A stretch of DNA of 64,000 nucleotides from Bacteroidales bacterium (GCA_017618115.1 JAFZUX010000024.1:31924-95923); one strand, 5' to 3'; shown: positions 35,905 through 46,719, numbered from the stretch's first letter. The notes: a model not told the origin generated them from the letters alone. Numbers and translations are program-made.

Positions 35905-37212
35905 ATGACAGATATTTTGATAATTATTCTTTTCTGTGTACTGGTGGTTTCACTGGTGATTATGTTTCTCTTAACTTCAAAACAACAGAGAGTTATAAAG
36001 GGGCTAAAGGAGAGTAATGATACTTTCTTTAAGGATCTTGCGTCTCAGATGAAAGAGTATCACAAAGAGAATAAGGATGATTATGAAAGGGCGCAAACAT
36101 CTCAGCGTGAGGAACTTTCTGAGAGGATAAAGGACTTTAACAACTCATTCAGCGAGACTCAGAAACTGCAGTTGGACAAGATGCAGATTTTGCAGACAGA
36201 GCGTCTGAAGGCAATGGAGAGCAAACAGGATGAGAGGCTTAAGTCTCTGGAGGAGAGCCAGAAAGAGAGGCTGCTCTCTATTGAGAAGACACAGGCGGGA
36301 ATGGTGCAGAGTACTGAAAAGAGTCTGGAGAAGATGAGGGCCACTGTTGAGGAGAAGCTGGATAAGACTCTGAATGAGAGAATTAGCAAAAGCTTTGAAA
36401 CCGTGGGGAATCAACTGGACAGTGTGAAGACAGGCCTTACACAGATGAGAGAGCTTGCAAAAGATGTGGGAGGATTGAAGAAAGTGCTGAGCAATGTTAA
36501 GATGAGAGGAGGCTTGGGAGAGGTGCAACTGCAGATGCTGCTGGAGCAGTATCTTGCTCCGGGTCAGTTTGTTGCAAATGCCCATACCGGAGCGGACAAA
36601 AGTGCGGTTGTGGAGTTTGCGGTACGTTTTCCGGGGCAGGACGGGAATCCGGTTCTGCTTCCTATAGACTCCAAGTTCCCTAAGGATAAATATGATGCTC
36701 TGTTGGAGGCTTACGACAGCGGAGATAAGGAGAGGATAGATGCTGTGCGTAAGGAGTTTACAGCGGCCGTAAAACAGGAGGGAAAGAACATAAGCAAGTA
36801 TATCAACGTTCCGGAGACTACCCGCTTTGCAATTATGTTCCTTCCGTTTGAGGGGTTGTATGCAGAGATAGCAAGAGATGCTTCACTTCTGGAAACCCTT
36901 CAGCGTGAGTTTAATGTGACGGTTGCAGGACCAACCAACCTGGCCGCTATGCTCAACAGTTTTCAGATGGGATTTAAGACTCTGGCAATTCAGAAGAAGG
37001 GGAATGACGTGTGGAAGGTGCTTGGTGAGGTGAAGACGGAGTTTGGTAAGTTTGGAGATATGCTCCAGAAGGCAAAGGGAAAGATTGAGGGAGGATTGAA
37101 GGATATGGATACTCTGATTTCCACCAGAACAAATCAGATTAACCGTAAACTTAAGGACGTGGAGGCGCTTCCTACCGCAGAAGAGGCTCCGCGTTATATT
37201 GAAGAAGAATAG
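35905..37212 (+). CDS. rmuC: DNA recombination protein RmuC
   Basis: An N-terminal TM helix, a long coiled-coil (repeated E/K/Q/L heptads) and a C-terminal FAIMFLPFEGLYAEI...TVAGPTNLAAML RmuC nuclease-like core. ATG at 35905, or GTG at 35899. Confidence 0.9.
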   Translation: MTDILIIILFCVLVVSLVIMFLLTSKQQRVIKGLKESNDTFFKDLASQMKEYHKENKDDYERAQTSQREELSERIKDFNNSFSETQKLQLDKMQILQTERLKAMESKQDERLKSLEESQKERLLSIEKTQAGMVQSTEKSLEKMRATVEEKLDKTLNERISKSFETVGNQLDSVKTGLTQMRELAKDVGGLKKVLSNVKMRGGLGEVQLQMLLEQYLAPGQFVANAHTGADKSAVVEFAVRFPGQDGNPVLLPIDSKFPKDKYDALLEAYDSGDKERIDAVRKEFTAAVKQEGKNISKYINVPETTRFAIMFLPFEGLYAEIARDASLLETLQREFNVTVAGPTNLAAMLNSFQMGFKTLAIQKKGNDVWKVLGEVKTEFGKFGDMLQKAKGKIEGGLKDMDTLISTRTNQINRKLKDVEALPTAEEAPRYIEEE

Positions 37213-37253
37213 GAAAGTTGTTGTAACTTTGCCGCAAATAAAAGTTTTTGACT

Positions 37254-38066
37254 ATGGATATTTCAAACGAATTGGCAATACTCCAGGGTGAGCAAAAGAG
37301 AGCTAAAATTGCAAGCAACTGGCTGCCAAGATATACTAAGAGACCGTTGGATAGTTTTGATGATTGTATTCTGCTGACAAACTTTGGCAAATATGTAGAT
37401 CTGTTTGCGGAAAAGTTTGGTGTTGAGGTCTTAGGAAAAGATTCCAATATGCCTAGTGCAAGTGCGGAGGGAATCACAATCATTAACTTTGGAATGGGAA
37501 GCCCTAATGCAGCAACCATTATGGATCTTCTAAGTTCCGTTCATCCAAGGGCTTGCCTCTTCCTAGGTAAATGCGGAGGAATAGACAGACATACAAAGAT
37601 AGGTGACCTGGTTCTTCCTATTGCAGCCATCAGAGGAGAGGGAACCTCCAATGACTACTATCCGCTGGTTGTTCCTGCTCTTCCGGCCTTCATGCTCCAG
37701 CGTGCCGTTTCATCTGCCATAAGAGACCACGGAAAGGATTACTGGACAGGAACAGTATTTACCACAAACAGAAGACTTTGGGAGCACGATGAGAACTTTA
37801 AGCAATATCTTGCTTCTACCCGTGCAATGGCGGTAGATATGGAGACTGCAACTCTCTTCATCTGCGGTTTTGCAAACCATATTCCGACGGGTGCCCTTCT
37901 TCTGGTATCTGATCAGCCAATGATTCCGGAAGGCATTAAGACGGATGCCAATGATAAGGTTGTAACTCAGAAGTTTGTAGACGATCATCTTCAGATGGGT
38001 ATAGATTCCCTTAAGATGATTATTGATGAGAAGAAGACCGTTAAACACTTGAAATACGACTGGTAA
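37254..38066 (+). CDS. AMP-nucleosidase-like PNP_UDP family protein (short form, catalytic domain only)
   Basis: INFGMGSPNAATIMDLL...LFLGKCGGI...AVDMETATL resembles the Amn catalytic domain. The ATG at 37254 is preferred because the track start is TTG. Confidence 0.8.
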   Translation: MDISNELAILQGEQKRAKIASNWLPRYTKRPLDSFDDCILLTNFGKYVDLFAEKFGVEVLGKDSNMPSASAEGITIINFGMGSPNAATIMDLLSSVHPRACLFLGKCGGIDRHTKIGDLVLPIAAIRGEGTSNDYYPLVVPALPAFMLQRAVSSAIRDHGKDYWTGTVFTTNRRLWEHDENFKQYLASTRAMAVDMETATLFICGFANHIPTGALLLVSDQPMIPEGIKTDANDKVVTQKFVDDHLQMGIDSLKMIIDEKKTVKHLKYDW

Positions 38067-38455
38067 TGCTTAAGAGCATAGAGGTTGTTGCTGCCGTAAT
38101 TGTACGTGACGGTTGCATCTTTGCAACTCAGAGAGGTTACGGGGATTTTAAAGATATGTGGGAATTCCCGGGCGGCAAAATGGAGAGTGGTGAGACGCCT
38201 CAAGATGCTCTGGTTAGGGAGATTAGAGAGGAATTGGATGCAGAAATTGCAGTAGGGGATTTGATTAGTGTTGTGGAGTATGATTATCCCGCTTTTCATC
38301 TTAAGATGCACTGCTTTCTCTGCTCTTTGAAATCTGATTTTATTCTAAAAGAACACGAATCTGCCAGATGGCTTACAAAAAAAGATCTGCGGAGCGTCAA
38401 CTGGCTCCCCGCAGATCTATCTGTAATTGAGACTCTTGAGCAGAGTCTTATTTAA
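38066..38455 (+). CDS. NUDIX hydrolase (MutT/NudG-like nucleoside triphosphate pyrophosphohydrolase)
   Basis: The Nudix box GGKMESGETPQDALVREIREELD is present. The start overlaps the upstream stop (TAATG). Confidence 0.85.
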   Translation: MLKSIEVVAAVIVRDGCIFATQRGYGDFKDMWEFPGGKMESGETPQDALVREIREELDAEIAVGDLISVVEYDYPAFHLKMHCFLCSLKSDFILKEHESARWLTKKDLRSVNWLPADLSVIETLEQSLI

Positions 38456-40016
38456 TAATACTTCCCAGAATATCTCTTGTAATGGTACGGGTTGCAGCAG
38501 AGGTTGCATTCTTTACAATTCTCTTGCCTGTGCCCTTGCTCTTTCTCCCGGTTAATGCGTTGCCCGCCATAGTGGCAATGGCTGCGGTAACTGCGGTGAT
38601 GACAGCCTTAAATACCTTACTTATAGTGGATTTACCCTTCTTCTTTGCTTTCTCCTTCTCCTCCAGTTCCTGCTGTTTCTGAATTGCAAGAGCCTCTTCC
38701 GCCTTTTTGCGTTCCTCCTCTTCTCTCTTTGCATTCTCCAGAAGAACCTCAAATGCAGACTCTCTGTCATGCACCTTATCATATTTTCCAAGTATGCGTG
38801 AAGAGTTGATAATCTGTCTTCTCTGGCTTTCATCTATTGCTCCAATCTGGCTCATTGGGAAGAGAATCTTTGCCTTCTCAACAATGGAAGGAGCACCCTT
38901 TTCATCCAGGAATGAGACCAGTGCCTCTCCCGTTCCGAGGTTCATAATTGCATCTTCAGTCTTGAATGCAGGATTTGCTCTGAAGGTCTCTGCTGCAACC
39001 TTTACAGCTCTCTGATCCTTAGGAGTATATGCTCTTAAGGCGTGCTGTACTCGGTTACCCAGCTGACCAAGAATTACTTCCGGAATATCTGTAGGAAGCT
39101 GAGAGATAAAGTATACTCCAACGCCCTTGCTGCGGATGAGTCTGATTACCTGCTCAATCTTGTCTGTCAATGACTTGGAAGTACCCTCAAAGAGCATGTG
39201 AGCCTCGTCAAAGAAGAATACCAGACGAGGAAAATCCATATCTCCAACCTCAGGCAGGTTGGTGTAAAGCTCTGAGAGCAACCAGAGTAGGAAGGTAGAA
39301 TAGAGTTTAGGACGGTGCATCAGTTTATCCGCTGCAAGCACGTTCATTATTCCCTTTCCGGTTGCGGCATCTGTCTGCAGAAGATCCATAATGTCAAATG
39401 AAGGCTCTGCAAAGAAGTTGTCACCACCCTGGTTCTCAAGAGTTAACAGAGATCTCTGAATTGCACCTATACTTTGAGGAGCAATGTTTCCGTATGTGGT
39501 AGTATACTCTGCGGAATGCTGAGAAAGGTAGTTGAGCATTGAACGCAAATCTTTAATGTCATCCAAAAGGAGTCCCTTCTGGTCTGCAACCTTAAAGAGC
39601 ACGTTCAGTACACCCTCCTGAGTATCATTAAGTTCCAAAATTCTGGAGAGCAGTTGAGGACCCATCTTAGAGATGGTGGATCTCATAGGATGGCCCTCTT
39701 CTCCAAAGACGTCAAAGAAGCGAACGGGGCAAGGTTGGAAATTTGGTTCAGGAATGCCGAACTCATCTTTTCTCTTCTCAATAAAGCCGCTCATCTTACC
39801 GCTTTGGCTTATACCTGAGAGGTCTCCCTTCATATCCGCCATAAAGCAAGGAACACCTGCCTGGCAGAAACTCTCCGCTATAACTTGCAGAGTGACAGTC
39901 TTTCCGGTACCCGTGGCTCCGGAGATGAGGCCGTGGCGGTTAGCCATCTTTCCAATCATGGAGATTGGACCGTTGTCTGAATGAGCTATATAAAGCCCGC
40001 GTTCTTTGTCGTACAT
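38448..40016 (-). CDS. HerA-like P-loop ATPase (DUF853 / YjgR family) with a basic C-terminal tail
   Basis: MYDKERGLYIAH... with Walker A (GATGTGKT) and Walker B (LVFFFDEAH). The ATG at 40016 is preferred over the track start at 40097. Confidence 0.85.
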   Translation of the reverse strand: MYDKERGLYIAHSDNGPISMIGKMANRHGLISGATGTGKTVTLQVIAESFCQAGVPCFMADMKGDLSGISQSGKMSGFIEKRKDEFGIPEPNFQPCPVRFFDVFGEEGHPMRSTISKMGPQLLSRILELNDTQEGVLNVLFKVADQKGLLLDDIKDLRSMLNYLSQHSAEYTTTYGNIAPQSIGAIQRSLLTLENQGGDNFFAEPSFDIMDLLQTDAATGKGIMNVLAADKLMHRPKLYSTFLLWLLSELYTNLPEVGDMDFPRLVFFFDEAHMLFEGTSKSLTDKIEQVIRLIRSKGVGVYFISQLPTDIPEVILGQLGNRVQHALRAYTPKDQRAVKVAAETFRANPAFKTEDAIMNLGTGEALVSFLDEKGAPSIVEKAKILFPMSQIGAIDESQRRQIINSSRILGKYDKVHDRESAFEVLLENAKREEEERKKAEEALAIQKQQELEEKEKAKKKGKSTISKVFKAVITAVTAAIATMAGNALTGRKSKGTGKRIVKNATSAATRTITRDILGSIIK

Positions 40017-40029
40017 ATTTGAATTGAAA

Positions 40030-41370
40030 CTAGTAAATAAACTCTTTTGCAGAGAAATCCCAAGGCTTGTATGGCGTGCGTGGGAATCTTCTCTCAAACT
40101 CTTTTATGAGTTCATCTCTGAACTTAGGATGTGACAGACCAATAAGCATTCTTGCTCTGTCTCTGAGACTTGCACCCTTAAGGTGAGCAATACCATACTC
40201 AGTGATAACATAATCAATGTCATCTCTTGGAGTTGTAATTCCTGCACCCTCTGTAAGGAACGGCTTAATACGAGACATCTCTCCGTGTTTTGCAGTAGAA
40301 GGGAATGCAAGAATTGCCTTGCTGGTCTTGTTCCATGAAGCGCCTCTTATGAAGTCTACCTGTCCGCCTGTTCCGCTATATATCTTAAGACCAATGGTTT
40401 CTGCGGTGCTCTGGCCCTGGAGGTCCATCTCAAGAGCGGAGTTGATAGATACAAAGTGATCCATCTGGCAGATAGTTCTTGGGTCATTGCAATAACTAAC
40501 AGGGTACATCAAAACATCCGGGTTATGGTCTACAAAGTCATACAACATCTGTGATCCCATAAGGAAGCCGGTAACCAGTTTACCGGGATGTAATTTCTTC
40601 TTAGCATTGGTAATGACACCCTTCTTAACCAGCTCAACCACACCGTCTGAGAACATCTCGGTATGAATACCAAGATCCTTCTTGTTGGTCATAAAATGGA
40701 GTGCTGCATCCGGTATGGCACCAATACCCAACTGAAGTGTTGCACCGTCTTCAACCAATGAAGCACAGTACTCTCCAATCTTCTCCTCAACAGGTCCTAT
40801 GTTTGGCTTAGGAAGCTGGAACATAGGCTTTGAGGTAGGTACAATGTAATCTATCTTTGAGATGTGAACAAGGCAGTCTCCGTATCCGAGGAACGGCATC
40901 TGATCATTCATCTCTGCCATAATAATCTTTGCACGGTCTACAGCCAACTTGGTGTAATCTACAGAGATACCGAGGGAGCAATAACCGTCCTCATTAGGAG
41001 GGGTTACTGTAACCATTGCTACATCAATAGGATATTTTGTATCAAACCAGTCACCAATCTGATGGTAATAGTAAGGAACAAAATCTCCGCGGTCATCATT
41101 AAGACCCTCTCTGGTATTACCGTGAGCAAAGTTTGTGATGTGACGGAAGTGTCCGTAACCCTCAGGCTGCATGTAAGTTGCAGGGTGAAGCGTTACCATG
41201 TGATAGATGTCAACATCTGTAAGCCTGTCTCTCTGATCCATCATTGCAAGAGGAATCTCCTGAGGCGCTGCTGCAGAGTGACCCAATACTATATTCATTC
41301 CACTCTGAATAGCACTCGCTGCTACGTCAGGCGTAACGATACGGTCTTTGTATTTTTCTAACCAATCCAT
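40030..41370 (-). CDS. Acetyl-CoA hydrolase/transferase family protein (4-hydroxybutyrate / butyryl-CoA:acetate CoA-transferase-like)
   Basis: 446 aa with LQLGIGAIPDA, GIHTEMFSDG and SGTGGQVDFIRGA family motifs. Confidence 0.85.
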   Translation of the reverse strand: MDWLEKYKDRIVTPDVAASAIQSGMNIVLGHSAAAPQEIPLAMMDQRDRLTDVDIYHMVTLHPATYMQPEGYGHFRHITNFAHGNTREGLNDDRGDFVPYYYHQIGDWFDTKYPIDVAMVTVTPPNEDGYCSLGISVDYTKLAVDRAKIIMAEMNDQMPFLGYGDCLVHISKIDYIVPTSKPMFQLPKPNIGPVEEKIGEYCASLVEDGATLQLGIGAIPDAALHFMTNKKDLGIHTEMFSDGVVELVKKGVITNAKKKLHPGKLVTGFLMGSQMLYDFVDHNPDVLMYPVSYCNDPRTICQMDHFVSINSALEMDLQGQSTAETIGLKIYSGTGGQVDFIRGASWNKTSKAILAFPSTAKHGEMSRIKPFLTEGAGITTPRDDIDYVITEYGIAHLKGASLRDRARMLIGLSHPKFRDELIKEFERRFPRTPYKPWDFSAKEFIY

Positions 41371-41466
41371 ATTGTTTGTCTTTTAATTTAATCGTAAAAC
41401 TTTGAGTTCAATTCCCAAATATAAGAAATTTTCTCCTTTTCCCATAATAATTTTAATAAGAAAGCA

Positions 41467-41499
41467 GAAAAAAGGGAGGCAACCTTTCGGTTACCTCCC
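41467..41499 (-). terminator. Intrinsic terminator downstream of dnaK
   Basis: The minus strand reads GGGAGGTAACC-GAAA-GGTTGCCTCCC (one mismatch) followed by a T run. Confidence 0.65.
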
Positions 41500-41521
41500 T
41501 TCTCTTGCTTTAGGGTTGGGC

Positions 41522-43453
41522 TTATTTGACCTCCTCAAAGTCTACATCTGTTACCTCACCGTCTTTGCTTCCACCCTGATTGGATGAACCGGCATTGGCG
41601 TTAGGGTCATAACCACCCTGAGTTCCCGGGTTAGGGCCCTGCTGAGCACCGGCAGCCTTAGCCATATCCTCGCTTGCAGCGTGCCATGCCTCATTAAGCT
41701 GATTCATAAGGTTATCCAGTTCTGCAAAGTTCTTAGCCTGGTGAGCCTCCTTCAGTTTCTTGGTAGCCTCCTCAATCTTAGCCTTCTTGTCTGCAGGAAT
41801 CTTGTCTCCGTAATCCTTGAGGTTCTTCTCACTTGCAAATACCTGAGCATCTGCATTGTTGAGTTTGTCTGCCTTCTCTCTCTCAGCCTTATCTGCCTGC
41901 TCGTTGGCCTTTGCCTCGTCTCTCATTCTCTTAATCTCAGCCTCGCTAAGTCCGCTGGAAGCCTCAATTCTGATCTGCTGCTCCTTACCGGTTCCCTTAT
42001 CCTTTGCAGATACGTTAAGAATACCGTTGGCATCAATATCAAAGGTAACTTCAATCTGAGGGACACCTCTTGGTGCAGGCATAATGCCGTCCAGGTGGAA
42101 TCTTCCGATAGACTTGTTACCTGAAGCCATAGGACGCTCGCCCTGGAGTACGTGAACCTCTACAGATGGCTGATTATCAGATGCAGTAGAGAAGATCTGA
42201 CTCTTGCGGGTAGGGATGGTGGTGTTGGCCTCAATCAGTTTTGTAAATACGCCGCCAAAGGTCTCAATACCCAATGACAGAGGAGTTACATCCAACAGAA
42301 GGACATCCTTAACGTCACCTGCCAAAACTCCGCCCTGGATAGATGCGCCAATTGCAACAACCTCATCCGGGTTAACGCTCTTATTAGGCTCTTTTCCAAA
42401 GAAATCCTTAACCATCTGCTGTACTTTTGGAATACGGCTTGAACCGCCAACCAAAAGAACCTCGTTAATGTCGGATGCGCTGAGGTGAGCGTCTGCCAAA
42501 GCTTTGCGGCAAGGCTCAATGCACTTCTGGAAGTAAGGGTCTGCAAGTGCCTCAAACTTAGCTCTTGTGAGAGTCTTTACAAGGTGCTGAGGAACGCCGT
42601 CAATTGGCATGATGTAAGGAAGGTTGATCTCTGTAGTAGTCTGGCTAGAGAGCTCAATCTTAGCCTTTTCTGCAGCCTCTTTAAGTCTCTGAAGAGCCAT
42701 AGGATCTTTGCTGAGATCTGCGCCGGAGTGGTCATTCTTAAACTCCTCAACCAACCAGTCAATGATAACGTGGTCAAAGTCATCACCTCCCAGGTGGGTA
42801 TCACCGTTGGTAGATTTAACCTCAAACACGCCGTCACCGAGTTCAAGGATAGAGATATCAAATGTACCTCCACCAAGGTCAAACACAGCCACTTTAGCAT
42901 CCTTCTCCTTCTTGTCCAGACCGTATGCAAGTGCCGCTGCGGTAGGCTCGTTGATGATTCTCTTTACGTTAAGACCTGCAATCTCTCCGGCCTCTTTGGT
43001 TGCCTGACGCTGAGAGTCTGTAAAGTAAGCAGGAACTGTAATGACAGCCTCTGTAACTGTCTGTCCCAGATAGTCTTCTGCGGTCTTCTTCATCTTCTGA
43101 AGAATCATTGCAGAAATCTCCTGCGGTGAGTAGAGTCTTCCGTCAATATCAATTCTAGGAGTGTTGTTATCACCCTTTGCAACCTTATACGGTACTCTTG
43201 CTATCTCTGTCTGAACCCTGTCATAAGTCTCACCCATAAATCTCTTTATGGAGTAGATGGTCTTGGTAGGGTTAGTAATTGCCTGACGTTTAGCAGGATC
43301 TCCAATCTTTCTCTCGCCGCCCTGTGTAAATGCCACAACAGATGGGGTAGTTCTTTTACCCTCGCTGTTGATGATAACGGTAGGCTCGCTGCCTTCCATT
43401 ACTGAGACACAACTGTTAGTTGTTCCCAAGTCGATTCCGATAATTTTTCCCAT
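41522..43453 (-). CDS. dnaK: Molecular chaperone DnaK (Hsp70)
   Basis: [21 protein letters not shown]... from the ATG at 43453, with Hsp70 signatures throughout. The upstream part of the track ORF is a spurious extension. Confidence 0.97.
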   Translation of the reverse strand: MGKIIGIDLGTTNSCVSVMEGSEPTVIINSEGKRTTPSVVAFTQGGERKIGDPAKRQAITNPTKTIYSIKRFMGETYDRVQTEIARVPYKVAKGDNNTPRIDIDGRLYSPQEISAMILQKMKKTAEDYLGQTVTEAVITVPAYFTDSQRQATKEAGEIAGLNVKRIINEPTAAALAYGLDKKEKDAKVAVFDLGGGTFDISILELGDGVFEVKSTNGDTHLGGDDFDHVIIDWLVEEFKNDHSGADLSKDPMALQRLKEAAEKAKIELSSQTTTEINLPYIMPIDGVPQHLVKTLTRAKFEALADPYFQKCIEPCRKALADAHLSASDINEVLLVGGSSRIPKVQQMVKDFFGKEPNKSVNPDEVVAIGASIQGGVLAGDVKDVLLLDVTPLSLGIETFGGVFTKLIEANTTIPTRKSQIFSTASDNQPSVEVHVLQGERPMASGNKSIGRFHLDGIMPAPRGVPQIEVTFDIDANGILNVSAKDKGTGKEQQIRIEASSGLSEAEIKRMRDEAKANEQADKAEREKADKLNNADAQVFASEKNLKDYGDKIPADKKAKIEEATKKLKEAHQAKNFAELDNLMNQLNEAWHAASEDMAKAAGAQQGPNPGTQGGYDPNANAGSSNQGGSKDGEVTDVDFEEVK

Positions 43454-43557
43454 AATTATATCTCCTTTTTTTGTTTTTTCTTTTTTTTGCTCCGCGATGG
43501 ATATACTCCATTTCTGTGCCACTCCAAATAACCGACAATTTTCTGCCATTTTGACAA

Positions 43558-43590
43558 AAATAAAAAAGGGTGGCCGCCAGGCCACCCTTT
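43558..43590 (-). terminator. Intrinsic terminator downstream of the 317-aa lipoprotein-like gene
   Basis: The minus strand reads AAAGGGTGGCC-TGGC-GGCCACCCTTT followed by TTTTTAT. Confidence 0.65.
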
Positions 43591-43610
43591 AAGCATTCGG
43601 AACAATATGC

Positions 43611-44564
43611 TTAGTGTCTTGAAACTATTGTCAGCTCATCTCCAATATCCAGGCAGTTTTTGATATCCTTGCCTCCGCTTACAACCTTACAGAATGTAAC
43701 GTCCGCTCCCTCAATCTTCTTCACTTTGATTCTGCCAAGATAGGTGTGGGCCTCTCTGCCGGCTACAATCTTTCTCTTGTAGACGCCAAAGGTAAGACCT
43801 TCATAGAGTCTGTGAGCCGAGCCGAGGTCAATGTAAACCTCTTTCTGACGGTTGTTTCTCTCTCCGGCTCTCTCAATGATAGTTGCATAGAGAGGGTAGC
43901 AGGAGTCAAAATATCTTCTTACCTGACCAGGTAATCTTTCAATGGCCTTATTCAGAGACTCGTCTCTTGTGTTGTACCAGTAAGAGTTCTGAGAGTCTGT
44001 GCTTCTGAAAGTTACGGTATTTATAATGTGTCCGTCAGTTATAGATTTGATATTTACCAAAACGGTAACGTCTGCACGGTAGAGCTCTCTTGTCTTCTTA
44101 ATCTTCTTTTTCTTGTCTTTAGGATCCTGAACCTCGTAAGTCTCAACCTTTGAGGTAGTTGATATGGTTCCTATTGTGCCGTCTACAAGAATGGCGTATT
44201 TAGGATTATCCACATCAGGCTCAAACGGACGGTCCATAACTCTCAGTCTGAAAGACCAGCTCATTCCCCTTACCAGGTTGGATCTTACAGATTCTGCTCT
44301 ACCATCGTGATACTGAGTTACTTCTCCGGTAGCAACAGCGGCAATAACATCCAAAACCTTTGAACCTGCAGAGGTGTTGTGTGACTGAGGAGTGTATGTA
44401 AAGTCACCAATGAATACATTGATCATGTGATTTCTATCCGGATTGACATTGGATTTTACCTCCATTTGTGCCAAATCTGCATCATCATCCTGAGCAAAAA
44501 GAGCCGATGGAAGTGCGCAAAGCAGCAAGAGTGCAATTGCTGAGAGTTTGATAATACCTTTCAT
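43611..44564 (-). CDS. Hypothetical secreted protein
   Basis: 317 aa with a signal peptide (LLLLCALPSALFAQ). I recognise no family. There is an internal KDKKKKIKK patch. Confidence 0.55.
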   Translation of the reverse strand: MKGIIKLSAIALLLLCALPSALFAQDDDADLAQMEVKSNVNPDRNHMINVFIGDFTYTPQSHNTSAGSKVLDVIAAVATGEVTQYHDGRAESVRSNLVRGMSWSFRLRVMDRPFEPDVDNPKYAILVDGTIGTISTTSKVETYEVQDPKDKKKKIKKTRELYRADVTVLVNIKSITDGHIINTVTFRSTDSQNSYWYNTRDESLNKAIERLPGQVRRYFDSCYPLYATIIERAGERNNRQKEVYIDLGSAHRLYEGLTFGVYKRKIVAGREAHTYLGRIKVKKIEGADVTFCKVVSGGKDIKNCLDIGDELTIVSRH

Positions 44565-44654
44565 AGTTTTACTGTTTGTACCTTACAAAGATAAGATTAT
44601 TGGTTGCATATCCATAATAATAGTGGTAAAAAGTATAAATTTGTGGAGCGAACA

Positions 44655-45446
44655 ATGGAGGGAATTCAGAGTAAATACAGAGTTTTAGAGGTTGAGGAGT
44701 TTAATGACATCTCCTCCAGAATCCTCTATGAAGACAATCACTATCTTATTGTAAATAAGAGGAGTGGGGAGATTGTGCAGGGAGACAAAACCAATGACGA
44801 ACCTCTGAGCGAGACTCTCAAATGCTTTATTGCTCAAAGAGATAAAAAAGCGGGGAATGTCTTTATGGGAGTTGCCCACCGCCTGGACCGTCCTGTGAGC
44901 GGAGCGGTTCTCTTTGCAAAAACCTCCAAAGGATTGGAGAGAATTAACGCTCTGATAAGAGAGGGCAGACTCCATAAGACCTACTGGGCACTCACTCAAA
45001 AGCCGGATTATCAGGTATCTATCGGGGAGAAAAAAGAACTCAGAGATTTTATGAGCAGAGATGAGAAGGCAAATAAGTCCTTCATATTCAAAGGTAAGGG
45101 AGTTCCTCCAAAAGATTATAAAGAGGCGGTTTTAAGGTACAGGGTTTTAAAAGAGACAGATAATTACCTGCTTACGGAGGTGGAACTGCTTACCGGCCGT
45201 CATCATCAGATACGCTGCCAACTCTCAAACGTTGGTATGCCAATTAAGGGAGATCTTAAATACGGTGCCAGGCGTTCCAATAGAGACGGCTCTATCTCAT
45301 TGCACGCCAGAAAGATAGAGTTTGTACATCCTATAGGGGTTAAGGATGCTAAGGGTAACAGTACGGGTAATGAGAAAGTGATATCTGTTGAGGCTCCTCT
45401 TATGGGGGAGATGCAACATATTGTAAATGATTCAATAGAAGTATGA
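44655..45446 (+). CDS. RluA-family pseudouridine synthase
   Basis: The HRLDRPVSG catalytic motif and the TGRHHQIRCQL motif are present. The ATG at 44655 is preferred because the track start is TTG. Confidence 0.85.
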   Translation: MEGIQSKYRVLEVEEFNDISSRILYEDNHYLIVNKRSGEIVQGDKTNDEPLSETLKCFIAQRDKKAGNVFMGVAHRLDRPVSGAVLFAKTSKGLERINALIREGRLHKTYWALTQKPDYQVSIGEKKELRDFMSRDEKANKSFIFKGKGVPPKDYKEAVLRYRVLKETDNYLLTEVELLTGRHHQIRCQLSNVGMPIKGDLKYGARRSNRDGSISLHARKIEFVHPIGVKDAKGNSTGNEKVISVEAPLMGEMQHIVNDSIEV

Positions 45447-46174
45447 AAAGAGCGGTTATAATGGGAGCTACTTCCGGAATGGGAAGCAAAGTTGCTTGCC
45501 TTTTGGCAGAGAAGGGATGGAGATTGGGCATTGCCGGAAGAAGAGAAGAAAACTTAAAAGAGCTGCAGGAAAAGTTTCCGCAAAACGTTGTCTATGAGGT
45601 TGTAGACATAAATGAAGAGGAGGCTCCGAGCCGCCTTCTTTCTCTCATAGATAAGTTGGGAGGTATGGATCTTTACTTCCACGTAAGCGGAGTAGGAAGG
45701 CAGAACAGAGAGCTTGAGCCTCAGATAGAGATTATGACTACCCAGACCAACGTTGTGGGTTTTACCAGAATGGTTACCGCTGCCTTCAACTACTTTAAAG
45801 AGAAGAACAACGGCTACGGCCATCTTGCCGTAATCAGTTCAATTGCAGGTATTAAGGGACTCAGCCACGCTCCTTCATACTCCGCCACCAAGAGCTTTGA
45901 CAACACATACATTCAGGCTCTTGCACAACTTGCCCACTCACAGAAACTCCATATCAAGTTTACAGATATACGCCCCGGCTTTGTAGATACTCCGCTTCTG
46001 GACACCGTAAAGCACCACTACCCAATGCTTATGGATGTAGATTATGTTGCCGGAAAAATTGTAAGAGCAATTGAAAAACAGAAGAGGGTAAAGGTCATTG
46101 ACTGGCGTTACAGAATCCTTGTATTCTTCTGGAAACTAATCCCTAACTGTATCTGGGAAAGAATGAAGATTTAA
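45443..46174 (+). CDS. SDR family oxidoreductase
   Basis: IMGATSGMG (TGxxxGxG-like) and YSATK (YxxxK) motifs. ATGA overlap with the upstream gene. Confidence 0.85.
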   Translation: MKRAVIMGATSGMGSKVACLLAEKGWRLGIAGRREENLKELQEKFPQNVVYEVVDINEEEAPSRLLSLIDKLGGMDLYFHVSGVGRQNRELEPQIEIMTTQTNVVGFTRMVTAAFNYFKEKNNGYGHLAVISSIAGIKGLSHAPSYSATKSFDNTYIQALAQLAHSQKLHIKFTDIRPGFVDTPLLDTVKHHYPMLMDVDYVAGKIVRAIEKQKRVKVIDWRYRILVFFWKLIPNCIWERMKI

Positions 46175-46719
46175 CGCCGGCTTCGAATCTCTGTAGAAGA
46201 TATGTTGTTCAGAGGGGCGTTCTCCAGGTAGGTGGCCTTATATTTTCTGCAGAGCGTCTTAACTCTGTAACCTTTTCTTGGATAGACTATTACGTGGTAG
46301 TTCTTTAAGATTTCCTCACCCAGATACCAGCGTGGCATTGCTGCAAAACTGTCTGCTCCCACAACAATTGTGTACTCGTTGTTAGGGTGGAGCTTTTTAA
46401 GCTCGTTCATTGTGTTGTAGGTGTAGAGCGGTTCCTTAAGGTGGAACTCTATATCATTGATATATACCTTTTTGAACTTGGTGTTTGATGCCTCGGCTTT
46501 GGCTTTCAGGGTGCGGTTGAACTCTCTGATTTCTTTCTTCAGCCTTTTGAGTCTTTGATAGGGGTCTTCCAGTATTCCCTTCTCTTTAAAGGGGTTGTGA
46601 GGACTGAGCACCATTTCAAAGCGGTCTGTATTGCAGTTTGTTATCACATATTCCGCAACCGCAAGATGCCCGTAGTGCAGGGGATTGAATGAGCCAAAAT
46701 ATAGAGCTACCCGTTTCAC
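46171..46719 (-). CDS. nadD: Nicotinate-nucleotide adenylyltransferase
   Basis: A GTG at 46717-46719 gives (M)KRVALYFGSFNPLHYGHL, the canonical NadD N-terminus. It forms a GTGA overlap with the gmk stop. Confidence 0.85.
   Translation of the reverse strand: MKRVALYFGSFNPLHYGHLAVAEYVITNCNTDRFEMVLSPHNPFKEKGILEDPYQRLKRLKKEIREFNRTLKAKAEASNTKFKKVYINDIEFHLKEPLYTYNTMNELKKLHPNNEYTIVVGADSFAAMPRWYLGEEILKNYHVIVYPRKGYRVKTLCRKYKATYLENAPLNNISSTEIRSRR

Noticed and set aside
41402-41587. 61-aa plus-strand ORF between the CoA-transferase gene and dnaK
   Set aside because: It spans the dnaK terminator hairpin and runs into the dnaK 3' end antisense.
42204-43129. Several ORFs on both strands within dnaK, and the 132-nt upstream extension of the dnaK ORF (43454-43585)
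   Set aside because: DnaK is unambiguous from [14 protein letters not shown] at 43453. The others are out-of-frame or antisense artefacts.
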